Below, piece by piece: positions 1 to 8,892 of a DNA stretch of 64,000 nucleotides (positions within the stretch are counted from its first letter, which is position 1; the number at the start of each line of letters is the position of its first letter). The DNA is from Bacilli bacterium (lineage in GTDB: Bacteria > Bacillota_I > Bacilli_A > RFN20 > CAG-288), in NCBI GenBank assembly GCA_022647725.1, contig JALCLG010000001.1:1069535-1133534 (forward strand). The letters are read 5' to 3'. The translations under genes were made by a program, and so were the position numbers. Under the pieces are notes generated by a model. It worked only from the letters and a program-made list of their open reading frames with translations, was not told where the DNA came from and searched no databases.

Positions 1-572
1 TCGCCTTTGCCCGGCTGGAATTCAAAGGCAAGAACTTCATCTTCACGCTCTTCTTAGCCACGATGATGATTCCGGGCGAGATGATGGTCGTCACCAACTA
101 CGTCTCCGTCTCCAACCTCGGCTGGACCAACGGCACCCGCAGCGGCGCCTACCTGGCCATGATCATTCCGTTCATGGTCTCCGTCTTCTACATCTACCTG
201 TTGCGGCAGAATTTCCTGCAGATCCCCAATGAACTCTATCTGGCCGCCAAGGTCGATGGCAAGTCCGACTGGCAGTACCTCTGGAAAGTCATGGTCCCCT
301 TAGCAATGCCTTCCCTCATCACCATCTTCATCCTCAAGCTGATGGGTGCCTGGAACTCCTACATCTGGCCGAACCTCATCTCCAACGGCGACAAATCCCT
401 GATGCTGGTCTCCAACGGCTTGCGTAACTCCTTCCAGACCGGTACGAACTTCGACGAATACGGCCGGCAGATGGCCGCGACGGTGTTAGTGACTCTCCCG
501 CTGCTCTTAGTCTTCATTCTGTTCAGGAAGTATATCATGCGCGGCGTCAGCCGTGCCGGTATAAAGGGTTAA
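1..572 (+). CDS. Carbohydrate ABC transporter permease (MalG/UgpE-like); the 5' end lies outside the window
   Basis: The frame is open from position 3 (AFARLEFKGKNFIFTLFLATMMIPGEMM...). The EAA-loop region (YLAAKVDGKSDWQYLWKVMVPLAMPSL) is typical of binding-protein-dependent permeases, and the protein is polytopic and hydrophobic. Confidence 0.85.
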   Translation, partial: AFARLEFKGKNFIFTLFLATMMIPGEMMVVTNYVSVSNLGWTNGTRSGAYLAMIIPFMVSVFYIYLLRQNFLQIPNELYLAAKVDGKSDWQYLWKVMVPLAMPSLITIFILKLMGAWNSYIWPNLISNGDKSLMLVSNGLRNSFQTGTNFDEYGRQMAATVLVTLPLLLVFILFRKYIMRGVSRAGIKG

Positions 573-597
573 ACCCATCAAAAAGGAGAAGAAACGT

Positions 598-2100
598 ATG
601 AAAAAGAATGCCTTAGCTATCTTAGCGCTTGTCGCCTGTGCCTTGGCCGGCTGCACCAAGCCGACCTCGACGGCCAGCTCGGATTCGACCAATCCGAGTT
701 CCAGCAGTTCGACCTCGACGTCCTTCAGCGGCGATGACGTGACGACTGCCGGTGCCAAGGAGATTCAGTTCTGGCACTGCATCGGTCATGAGAAGATGAC
801 CAATCTCAAGGTCATCATCGACAAATTCAATGATGCCCACAGCAAGACCGATGGCTATTATGTCAAAGCGTATCAGATTGCCGGCGAATACACCGCGCTT
901 CATGATGCCGTCAAAACCAAGCTTTCGGCTGGCTTTGTCCCTTCCATCACGATGGGTTATCCGGATTCCTTTGCCGAATACATCGGTACCAACGGTGCTG
1001 ACAAGTCTACCATTCTGAACTTGGAGAGCCAGATTGCTGCCGATACCACCTTCGATGCTGCCGGCATGGTGCCGCAGTTCTATACCGAAGGTCAGGACTA
1101 TCAGTACACCGGAACCTGGTCGGTTCCGCTCTACAAATCCACCGAAATCATGTATTACAACAAGACCATGTTCGAAGCCTCAGCGTTCTATAAGGCCCAT
1201 AAGGACGAGACGTATGGAACCTATGGTGCCAAGCTGGGCGATCCCAAGACCTGGGACTGGGATACCCTTGTTTATGTTGCCGGCCAGATTCAGAGTGAAA
1301 ACAGCGGTGTCTCTGATTTCCACGCCCTCGGCTATGATTCCGATGCCAACCTCTTCATCTCCCAGATGGATCAGCGCAGCATCCCTTATACCACCAAGGA
1401 TGGCAAGGGTGCCGGCCATTTCCTCTTCGTCGATACCGCGACCGGAAAGGCCAATCAGGCGCTGGTCGATTTCACGACCAACATCTACAACCTGACCAAG
1501 GCCGGAACGATGGTGACTCAGGGTTCTTACGGAACCTATGCCTCGACGCTTTTCAAGCAGAAGAAGGTCATGTTCACCGTCGGTTCCACCGCCGGTTCCA
1601 GCTACAACGAACCTAACGGTGCCTTCCAGTGCGGCTTAGCGCCGGTTCCGTGCTATCAGGCCAACAAGAAGCAGATCATGCAGGGACCTTCCCTTTGCTT
1701 CTTCAATACCAAGGATACGGCCAAGGAAAAGGCAGCCTGGGAATTCTATTCGAAATATGTCTCTGATGCGGAACTCAATGCCGGCTTATCCTTGGAGAAC
1801 TCCTATGATCCTGTCCGGACCGCTTCCTATGAAACCGACGGCTACAAGGAATATGTTTCCATGGGTCTCACTTCTGCGGGTGAGGATGATATCACCAAGG
1901 AGCTCATTTACCGGATTCCCAGTTACACCAAGAATCTGAAATCGACCTATATGACCTCGCCGGTCTTCATCGGTTCCTCCACCTCGCGTGTCGAGATCGG
2001 CAAGCTGATTTCCTATACCAAGGAAAACAGCGGCGACGTCTCTGCCGCCATCATCAAGGCCTATACCAACTGCGTCTTAGCTTCCAATGAGAATGCCTAA
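598..2100 (+). CDS. ABC transporter substrate-binding lipoprotein (extracellular solute-binding family 1, sugar type)
   Basis: There is a signal peptide with an LAGC lipobox, followed by an S/T-rich linker (TKPTSTASSDSTNPSSSSS). The protein is 500 aa, has a GGAGG RBS, and sits directly after the permease gene. Confidence 0.8.
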   Translation: MKKNALAILALVACALAGCTKPTSTASSDSTNPSSSSSTSTSFSGDDVTTAGAKEIQFWHCIGHEKMTNLKVIIDKFNDAHSKTDGYYVKAYQIAGEYTALHDAVKTKLSAGFVPSITMGYPDSFAEYIGTNGADKSTILNLESQIAADTTFDAAGMVPQFYTEGQDYQYTGTWSVPLYKSTEIMYYNKTMFEASAFYKAHKDETYGTYGAKLGDPKTWDWDTLVYVAGQIQSENSGVSDFHALGYDSDANLFISQMDQRSIPYTTKDGKGAGHFLFVDTATGKANQALVDFTTNIYNLTKAGTMVTQGSYGTYASTLFKQKKVMFTVGSTAGSSYNEPNGAFQCGLAPVPCYQANKKQIMQGPSLCFFNTKDTAKEKAAWEFYSKYVSDAELNAGLSLENSYDPVRTASYETDGYKEYVSMGLTSAGEDDITKELIYRIPSYTKNLKSTYMTSPVFIGSSTSRVEIGKLISYTKENSGDVSAAIIKAYTNCVLASNENA

Positions 2101-2115
2101 CGGAGGAAACGGAAA

Positions 2116-3933
2116 ATGAGGAAAACGAAGATTGTCTTATCCTTCCTTGCCTTAGCCTCTTTTACCCTCACGGGCTGCCAGAAGCCGACCTCGACGGCGA
2201 CCTCGGTCTCGACAAGTCCTGTTTCGACGTCGGCTACCCCCGTCAGCACGTCGACGATTGCCGACGAAGATGTGGTTGCTGAAACCAAGATCAAGTTAGC
2301 CGATGGCCTCTTCGATAAGATCATGGCCAACAAGTCCACGGCCAATTACGACACCAATAAACTGGATTTTCAGGACGATGGCGTCGAGCGGATGCTGACC
2401 AGTTCCGACTATGCTCCTAACAAAGACAGCGATGTCTTCGTCAACTATGTCGATGGCGATACGACCCACTTCACGACCTACAACGGCCTTTACACCGTCA
2501 AGGTCCGTTATCTGGGCGTGGATACCCCGGAATCGACGTCCGAGATTGAAGTCTGGGGCAAGTCTGCCTCCAACTTCAACAAGGGCATCCTCAAGGCAGC
2601 CAAGCATATCCTCGTTCAGTCGGCCGGCTGCGCCTTGACAGGCATTCCCACTCCGGCGGATGTCGATGGCTATCAGCGTTCGTTGGCCTATGTCTGGTAT
2701 ACGGACGTTGCTACGCCGACGGCGAATGATTTCCGCAATCTCAACCTGGAGCTGGTCTATCAGGGCTTCTCCCTGTTCAGCGGCCGTGAGAGTGAGATGG
2801 ATCCGGCTTTTTATGCGGCTTTCACCAAGGCCAACGATATTGCCAAGGGCCTGAAGCGGCATATGTTCTCCGATGAGGTCGATGCCAACTATTATTACGG
2901 CTCTCCCAAGGCTTTAGGCCTGGATAAGCTTTATGACACCACCTATTACACGACCGAGCATAAGCGCAATGTCGATGATAACGGCAAGAACTACTCCGTC
3001 TATTGTGACTATTACACCCGCTGGACGTTCGAGGGTGTGGTTTCCCGCCGGGTCGGCAATGCCTTCTACATCCAGGATACGATCGCCGGAAAGACGTACG
3101 GTCTTTATGTATTCACCTTGCGGAGCTATGCCCCAGTCAAGGTCGGCAACCGCATCAAGGTCACCGGCGTCCTTTCTTTCTATGGGGGTTCGTATGAGTT
3201 AGGCGGCATCTCTTACAATTTCTTCAACCATCAGGAAGGTGATATTGAATATGTGACCGATGCTAATGGCAATAAAGTCACTGAGACGGTCACACCGATT
3301 GACGCCACACCGGCAGAAATCGATGCCGGAAAGTATGATTGCGTCTTAGTCAATGTCGTCAAGGATACAGCCGATGCCTCGCAGAAAGAGAATGCCATCT
3401 ATTTCAATACCTATGAAAACAGCTATGGTTCCCTGCCTTATGGCGGTACCGAAGAAGTCAATGGCTACAATGATGCCCATCCGTTCTACAACACCGATAA
3501 CTCGCTGGTCCTCTTTGGCAAGTATGGTTCGGATATGACTGCCGTCACCTCCGGTGCCTCGGTCAATCCGTCCGCTCCGATGATGCGGGTCAAGGTCGCT
3601 CAGGATATCATCCTCAGCGGCGACTACACCACCAGCGACGGCACGACCTCCACGGATCAGAAGAATGCTGCCATCACTTCCTATAAGTTCTTTACCGGCG
3701 GCACTCACTATTACATCCCTGGCGATGCCGAAGCGGTCCATGCCGCCACGGCTGCCAAACCGGAACCGGTTCCCAAGACCGGTGAGACGCTGTATACCAC
3801 CGTCTTCAAGCGCAAGAAGGTGACGAAGATGGTTGGCATCGCTGCCAACTATATGTCCACCAGCGGCAAGACGATGTTCACCCTCAATGTCTGCGACATC
3901 AATGACTTCTCCGGCTTTACGGAGGTTGCCTAA
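2116..3933 (+). CDS. Secreted lipoprotein with a staphylococcal-nuclease (thermonuclease, SNase) domain plus a roughly 350-aa C-terminal extension of unknown function
   Basis: An LTGC lipobox is followed by an S/T linker. The SNase motifs are present: VDGDTTHF, VRYLGVDTPE, WGKSASNFNKGILK and GYQRSLAYVWY. Confidence 0.75.
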   Translation: MRKTKIVLSFLALASFTLTGCQKPTSTATSVSTSPVSTSATPVSTSTIADEDVVAETKIKLADGLFDKIMANKSTANYDTNKLDFQDDGVERMLTSSDYAPNKDSDVFVNYVDGDTTHFTTYNGLYTVKVRYLGVDTPESTSEIEVWGKSASNFNKGILKAAKHILVQSAGCALTGIPTPADVDGYQRSLAYVWYTDVATPTANDFRNLNLELVYQGFSLFSGRESEMDPAFYAAFTKANDIAKGLKRHMFSDEVDANYYYGSPKALGLDKLYDTTYYTTEHKRNVDDNGKNYSVYCDYYTRWTFEGVVSRRVGNAFYIQDTIAGKTYGLYVFTLRSYAPVKVGNRIKVTGVLSFYGGSYELGGISYNFFNHQEGDIEYVTDANGNKVTETVTPIDATPAEIDAGKYDCVLVNVVKDTADASQKENAIYFNTYENSYGSLPYGGTEEVNGYNDAHPFYNTDNSLVLFGKYGSDMTAVTSGASVNPSAPMMRVKVAQDIILSGDYTTSDGTTSTDQKNAAITSYKFFTGGTHYYIPGDAEAVHAATAAKPEPVPKTGETLYTTVFKRKKVTKMVGIAANYMSTSGKTMFTLNVCDINDFSGFTEVA

Positions 3934-3938
3934 CCCTT

Positions 3939-4262
3939 ATGGAAGAGAACGAAGACCCCACCCGGATCAAGAGCCAGCAGCTCCATCGGGAAAGCCAGCA
4001 GCAGTATGACAAGGAGCAGAATGCCCTTTGCTATGTTGTTATAGGTGGCATTTTCCTGATTATCGGCGTCCTCTTCATTTTCCTGGCTTTCCGGAGAGAG
4101 AACAACGTCATGACTCATATCGACGTGACCTCTCTGGCCTTCTATATCATGCTCTTAGGGTTGGTGCTGGGGAGTGCCGGCTTAGGCTATGGTCTTGTCC
4201 GTTTCTTCTTAGCCAAGAAGAAGCGCAAGGATATTCTGAAGCAGATACGGGACTTGAAATAA
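3939..4262 (+). CDS. Small membrane protein with two TM helices (hypothetical)
   Basis: This is a 107-aa ORF with a hydrophobic core (ALCYVVIGGIFLIIGVLFIFLAF ... FYIMLLGLVLGSAGLGYGLV). It is tightly spaced after the upstream gene. Confidence 0.4.
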   Translation: MEENEDPTRIKSQQLHRESQQQYDKEQNALCYVVIGGIFLIIGVLFIFLAFRRENNVMTHIDVTSLAFYIMLLGLVLGSAGLGYGLVRFFLAKKKRKDILKQIRDLK

Positions 4263-4276
4263 CGAGGTAACGTAAC

Positions 4277-5169
4277 ATGAAGAAACAGATTCTCTTAGCC
4301 GTCCTCTCCGTCCTTTCCCTCTCCCTTGTTGGCTGCAACAAGCCGACATCGACCAGCACTCCGGCCTCAGCCAGCGTTGCTCCGTCCGTCAGCGAATCCG
4401 CCTCTGTTTCCGTTCCGCAGGTCGGGGAACTGAGCTTCACTTGCAATGTCAAACCTTTGGTTGGCACAACCGGTTATTTGATTGCTTCCTATGAAGGCTC
4501 TCCACTAACAGACCAATCGTTGGTGAGCTACACGGCTGACCCCGCAACTGCCATTGCCTTATCGGGCAACCTTGTTCAGTTCAAAGAAGTCGGTAAGGTG
4601 ACCATTACAGGAAGCTATGTTCCTGAAGGATTCACAACGGCACCCTTGGTCTTGGTACTGGGCTGAAACTGACCTCAACAGTTGCTCCGGCAACTGCCAA
4701 TCCATACGTTTCCTGGACTTCCGACAATGATTCCGCCGTTTCTGTGGATAGCTTTGGCAATTGCACCGCTCTCGCCGTTGGAGAAGCTACTATTACTGCT
4801 ACCAGCAAGGCCGATGCCGCCAAATCCGGTTCGTTGAAACTGACGGTTACCGAAAGATCCGCTTTGCCATTAACTATGGTGTCAGTATCTTCACTGCCAA
4901 CGGGATGGACGTGGTTGGGTCAGAATTCTGCTGAATTCTATGGAACATCCAGCGGTGGCGGAGTCAAATGTTCGACTGTCGGAGATGGTGTCAAATCGCC
5001 TATCTTTACCGATTCCGCTGCAGTGTCCGTCAGCTTATCCATTGGTTCTCTTAATGCTAACAAGAAGACCGAAGCCGGCGGTGATCATGTCTTCACTCTC
5101 CAAGGCTTGGATTCGACTGGTGCGGATATTACTTCTGCCGTTTTCTTTTCCTTGACTATTCGCCTTTAA
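4277..5169 (+). pseudogene. Frameshifted lipoprotein with a Big_2 (bacterial Ig-like) domain
   Basis: ORF 4277..4666 has an LVGC lipobox and S/T linker and ends in ...VTITGSYVPEGFTTAPLVLVLG*. A different frame is open from 4627 and encodes a typical Big_2 segment (TLGLGTGLKLTSTVAPATANPYVSWTSDNDSAVSVDSFGNCTALAVGEATITA). The track continues that frame as ORF 4744..5169. A shift of one nucleotide between about 4627 and 4666 would join them. Confidence 0.6.
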
Positions 5170-5205
5170 AATACAATAATAATAAGGCTTGTTTGGCGCT
5201 ATCAT

Positions 5206-5296
5206 GGAGCAGTACTCAAGTGGTCCAAGAGGAGTCCCTGCTAAGGACTTAGTAGGAGTAATCCTAGCGCGAGTTCAAATCTCGCCTGCTCCGCCA
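5206..5296 (+). tRNA. tRNA-Ser (anticodon GCU), type II with a long variable arm and an encoded CCA
   Basis: The acceptor stem GGAGCAG pairs with CTGCTCC. The anticodon loop is CT-GCT-AA. There is a long variable arm, the T-arm is GCGAGTTCAAATCTCGC, and the 3' end is G-CCA. Confidence 0.85.
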
Positions 5297-5305
5297 GCAA
5301 AAAAG

Positions 5306-5335
5306 AATGCCTGAGAAATCAGGCATTTTTTGTTT
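5306..5335 (+). terminator. Rho-independent terminator after tRNA-Ser
   Basis: The stem AATGCCTGA, loop gaaa and stem TCAGGCATT are followed by a T-run. Confidence 0.6.
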
Positions 5336-5555
5336 AGTGGTGTAAAAATGGTGCGATTTATTAGATTTGTGCAAAAGATCTTATAGCCTGAGGGTGGTAC
5401 TCGCGTCTTTCGTGGGTTAGGAATACACCTGAAAAGAAATTGGTCTATCTTTTCCGAAACAATGGTTTAAGAGTACAAAACTATAAATACTATTAAAAAA
5501 TATCTCGTTAACTGCCATTTTCGAAGATATTAAGGAAACAGACGATGGGCAAATA

Positions 5556-5625
5556 GTTCGGATGAGCAGCCGACTGCTCTGCCAGCAAATAAGAATGCCT
5601 GAGAAATCAGGCCTTCTTTGTTTTT
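5556..5625 (+). repeat. Degenerate direct repeat of the tRNA-Ser 3' end (T-loop to acceptor) plus its terminator hairpin; att-like scar
   Basis: AGTTCGGAT...CTGCTCTGCCAGCAAATAAGAATGCCTGAGAAATCAGGCCTTCTTTGTTTTT aligns to CTGCTCCGCCAGCAAAAAAGAATGCCTGAGAAATCAGGCATTTTTTGTTT at 5286..5335. The match is about 90% over roughly 49 nt. Confidence 0.55.
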
Positions 5626-5885
5626 AACCCAATAGGGAAAGGACTTTTCCGAGCCTTTGTTTGGTCGGGACCTTGGTAAAAATAAAATCTTATATTATTG
5701 ACCATATGCTTATGAAAAGCAATTCTTTTCTTTCATAGGCACTTAAATTTTGGTATAATTATAAAGACCAAGTAAGACGGGGAGCAAAAACGAATTCCAG
5801 TCTAGCGCCGATTTGCTTAGGCTATTGCATTAAGCATTTTCAAGCCATTTGCTTGGTCGGGAGTCATTCCTTGGGAGGTGTTTCC

Positions 5886-6407
5886 ATGTGCCGTTATCAG
5901 ATCGGAGACAAAGCCATCGATAAAAGCGGACGCATTTTCAGTGTGGAAAGCATTCAGTCCAAGGATTTTGGCACGGGCGCATCCGATTATCTGGTAATGA
6001 AGCCCTGCTTCAGCTATGATTTCACCCCGGACTACCGCTTCTTCATCCCCAAAGACAAAGCCGATACCATTCTGCATCCGGTTCTCACCAAGGACGAAGC
6101 CCTGGCTCTCATCGACTCCTTGCCGACCCTAGAGCTTTATCCGGAACTGGGTCCCCGGGAGCGGAAGACACAGTTCCAGAACGTCATCACCTCCGGCGAA
6201 CGCAAGGATATCTGCCGGGTTATCAAGACCCTGACGGCCTATCGGGAGAAGCGGAAGAAGGAAAACAAGCCTTTCTCCGATTTCGACCATCGTTTGCTCG
6301 ACTCCTTGACGGCGATGCTGCAGAATGAAATGAGCATCGCCTTAAGCATTCCGGGCAAAGATCTCAATGCCTTCATCCACGACAGGACCGGAACCAACCT
6401 CTTCTAG
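5886..6407 (+). CDS. CarD/CdnL/TRCF-domain transcriptional regulator-like protein
   Basis: The N-terminus YQIGDKAIDKSGRIFSVESIQSKDFGTGASDYLVMKP resembles the CarD_CdnL_TRCF RNAP-interacting domain. A GGGAGGTG RBS sits 6 nt upstream of ATG 5886. The track ORF starts at an upstream TTG at 5853. Confidence 0.55.
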   Translation: MCRYQIGDKAIDKSGRIFSVESIQSKDFGTGASDYLVMKPCFSYDFTPDYRFFIPKDKADTILHPVLTKDEALALIDSLPTLELYPELGPRERKTQFQNVITSGERKDICRVIKTLTAYREKRKKENKPFSDFDHRLLDSLTAMLQNEMSIALSIPGKDLNAFIHDRTGTNLF

Positions 6408-6429
6408 GCAGTTTCCAAAAAAAGAAATA

Positions 6430-6462
6430 AAAAAATAGCGGTCAAACGGCCGCTATTTTTGT
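6430..6462. terminator. Bidirectional rho-independent terminator between convergent genes
   Basis: The hairpin ATAGCGGTCAAACGGCCGCTAT is flanked by an A-run upstream and a T-run downstream. Confidence 0.55.
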
Positions 6463-6481
6463 TGGTACTCTGACTTACGGA

Positions 6482-6856
6482 CTACTTCTTGTCGATGACG
6501 TTAGCGCAAAGGAAGTCAACGGAATCGGCAACCATCTGCTTCTTGTCCTGATCTAAACCCTTGATGTCATCGTAGATACGGATGAGGTACTTATCGATCT
6601 GCATTTCATCAATGTAGCCTTTTACCGAAGCTTCCACCGGTTCAGTATCGGCTTCCTTGGCTTTGCGGCCAACGAGGAAATCGATCGAAACGTGGAATAA
6701 ATCAGCAAAACGGTTCAGTGTGGCAATGCTCGGTTCAATACGGCCAATCTCGTAATCCGAGATGTTGTATTGGCGGAGACGCATCTTCTTAGCCAGCTCT
6801 TCCTGAGTCAGTCCCTCTTTACGGCGTAAAAATCTCAGATTGTCTTTTAGTTTCAT
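6482..6856 (-). CDS. XRE-family (Cro/C1-type HTH) transcriptional regulator
   Basis: The N-terminus LRFLRRKEGLTQEELAKKMRLRQYNISDYEIGRIEPSIATLNRFADLFHVSIDFL is a canonical XRE HTH. The protein is 124 aa. Confidence 0.8.
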   Translation of the reverse strand: MKLKDNLRFLRRKEGLTQEELAKKMRLRQYNISDYEIGRIEPSIATLNRFADLFHVSIDFLVGRKAKEADTEPVEASVKGYIDEMQIDKYLIRIYDDIKGLDQDKKQMVADSVDFLCANVIDKK

Positions 6857-7007
6857 ATAATGTGCCTCTTTTTGTCACCCAATAATAAACCACCCGAAAC
6901 ACAAAATCAAGTGTTTTTTATGAATTACAAACATAGAGTAACGTAAGAAGCACTCCTAACAAATGTTTTAGATGCCGAAAATATCGTTTTCGCCCTATCC
7001 CAAAGGA

Positions 7008-8660
7008 TTAGTTTGAATAATTAATTGTTCCATCCGTACAGGCAACAGTCAAATTTTCGTTGAGCCCAGGGGTGGTAGTAGTGACGATACTCTGCCATTG
7101 GGCCATCGTGCCATTGTAATGGAATGTCTCATTCCAGCCATGGCCAGCCAGGCCACCATTGGTAAGGGTTTCTGACTTAATCGTGGAGGGAAGATAGAGG
7201 TCAGCCGGCGAATTCAGAACCGCGCCGGAATTGACACCTAAAGTGGTGATGCCTTCATTCAAGGTCAGACTCTTCAGCTTGCCCATTGTGAAAAGGGTAG
7301 GATCGAAGGTGACCAGCGAACCCGGATAGGTAACGGTTGTCAAAGACTGACAGTTAATGAAGGCCGAAGCACCAATTGACGTCAGTCCTTCGTTTAAAGT
7401 AACGGTCGTAAGACTGCGGTTATCCTTGAAAGCATTGGCTCCGATACTCTTCAGGGTGGAAGGAGTGGTAATCGATGTCAGAGAGGCGCAGCCATAGAAG
7501 GCATTGTCTTCAATCGCCGTCAGTCCTTCGCTTAAAGTAACGGTCGTAAGAATGTTGGCTCCGCTGAAGGCGTTGGCGCTGATACTCTTCAGGGTGGAAG
7601 GGGTGGTAACTGTTGCCAGAGCAGGACAATCTTTGAAGGCATTGGCTCCAATCGATTCGACGCCTTCCTGCAGGATGACACTCTTGAGGGAATTGTTTCC
7701 TTTAAAGGCACTGTCGCCGATAGTTTTGATATTGCCAGTAATGGTAATCGAAGTGATTTCCCAGGTGGTGGAAACAAAGGCGTTGGCGGCGATGGAGGAG
7801 ATTGGAACATAGGTGGTCACGCCATCTTTGGTGAAGGTGGTAAACCGCGGTGTTGTATAAGCTCCCTGCGCCTGACTGCTCAGTCCGGTGATAGTCGCTG
7901 TTCCATCGCTTTGCAGAACGGTGTCATAGGTAAAGACACTGGAACCGGCCGTGCCGGTGCTGATCATGCCAAAGGAGAAACCGACATTCTTATCCTGAGC
8001 GGTTGCCTTCAGAACATTGTAGGCAGCCTCATCAGCAGGATTCATGCCATCCTTGTAAGCAAACGTAAGATTGTATTTATAAGTATAATCCGTACTTCCC
8101 GAGGTTGAAGCAAAGGATAACGGATAAGCACTGTAACTGGTTCCTAAACCTGTCACGGAGGCTACTTCAGGGTATTCCGTGAGGCTGACGGGCGTTAAGG
8201 CGGTGGTGTTGGATCCGACAAAGACATCGACATAATTTGTCATGGCTGTCGGAAGATAGAACACACCATAAGGGATGGCTGTGGTACTAGCCGTCGGTGT
8301 CCAGGTTACGGTGAAATCATTGGCCGGAACCGTCTGATAAGTATCACTGGTAAGCCGGGATAAGGAATCCACGATGTTGATGCCTTGACCGTCGGTCGTC
8401 GGGATGCCGCTTCCGGTACCTTGTCTTGCGGCCTGATCAATAGCAAAGTAGTAAGCCGAACTGGTCCGAGTGATGGCAAAGTTGCCTAAAGTATCCGAGC
8501 CTGTTTCCTGACTGAACGTGATGTGGGAGGTGACGACATCGGTTTTGACGGTCGACTGACCAGCTTTAAAATACCAGATGGCGAAGCCGCCAGAGGCAAC
8601 GAAGACACTCGCTAGAATGATTGAAGATGCAAGCAGAGTGATTTTCAGTGATCGGTTCAT
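7008..8660 (-). CDS. Secreted or cell-surface protein with C-terminal BspA-type leucine-rich repeats (LRR_5)
   Basis: The likely start is MNRSLKITLLASSIILASVFVASGG, a signal peptide or N-terminal anchor at internal Met 8660. Repeated modules follow, of the form SLxSVxLxEGVxxIGxxAFxxCxxLxxVxxPSTLKSI, which is the BspA-like LRR pattern. The track ORF extends to 8756 from an upstream in-frame start. Confidence 0.75.
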   Translation of the reverse strand: MNRSLKITLLASSIILASVFVASGGFAIWYFKAGQSTVKTDVVTSHITFSQETGSDTLGNFAITRTSSAYYFAIDQAARQGTGSGIPTTDGQGINIVDSLSRLTSDTYQTVPANDFTVTWTPTASTTAIPYGVFYLPTAMTNYVDVFVGSNTTALTPVSLTEYPEVASVTGLGTSYSAYPLSFASTSGSTDYTYKYNLTFAYKDGMNPADEAAYNVLKATAQDKNVGFSFGMISTGTAGSSVFTYDTVLQSDGTATITGLSSQAQGAYTTPRFTTFTKDGVTTYVPISSIAANAFVSTTWEITSITITGNIKTIGDSAFKGNNSLKSVILQEGVESIGANAFKDCPALATVTTPSTLKSISANAFSGANILTTVTLSEGLTAIEDNAFYGCASLTSITTPSTLKSIGANAFKDNRSLTTVTLNEGLTSIGASAFINCQSLTTVTYPGSLVTFDPTLFTMGKLKSLTLNEGITTLGVNSGAVLNSPADLYLPSTIKSETLTNGGLAGHGWNETFHYNGTMAQWQSIVTTTTPGLNENLTVACTDGTINYSN

Positions 8661-8892
8661 TTTTCGGAGTCCCCAAAGTTTACCCCGCATCTCTATTATA
8701 CAGAACCTACAAAAAAAGTCAAAAAAGCAGGGCCTTTTTATCAAAAGTTGTGACAATTGTCCTTAAAATACATTATTTATAAAGACACCTCTTTTAAACA
8801 AATAACACGTTAGTTAAGCCTAAATATGAAAAAAAGACTTCCTTTTAAGGAAGCCTCTTTCATTCATAAGATTACCAACAGAGAACGAAACG

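Noticed and set aside
622-903. Antisense ORFs embedded inside strongly supported genes (for example 622..903-, 2296..2862-, 13965..14585-, 16240..16983-, 26657..27133-, 28526..29122-, 45007..45780-, 41875..42366-)
   Set aside because: They lie opposite well-motivated CDSs with clear family motifs. They have no RBS or motif support and show a low-complexity R/G/A-rich composition typical of shadow ORFs.
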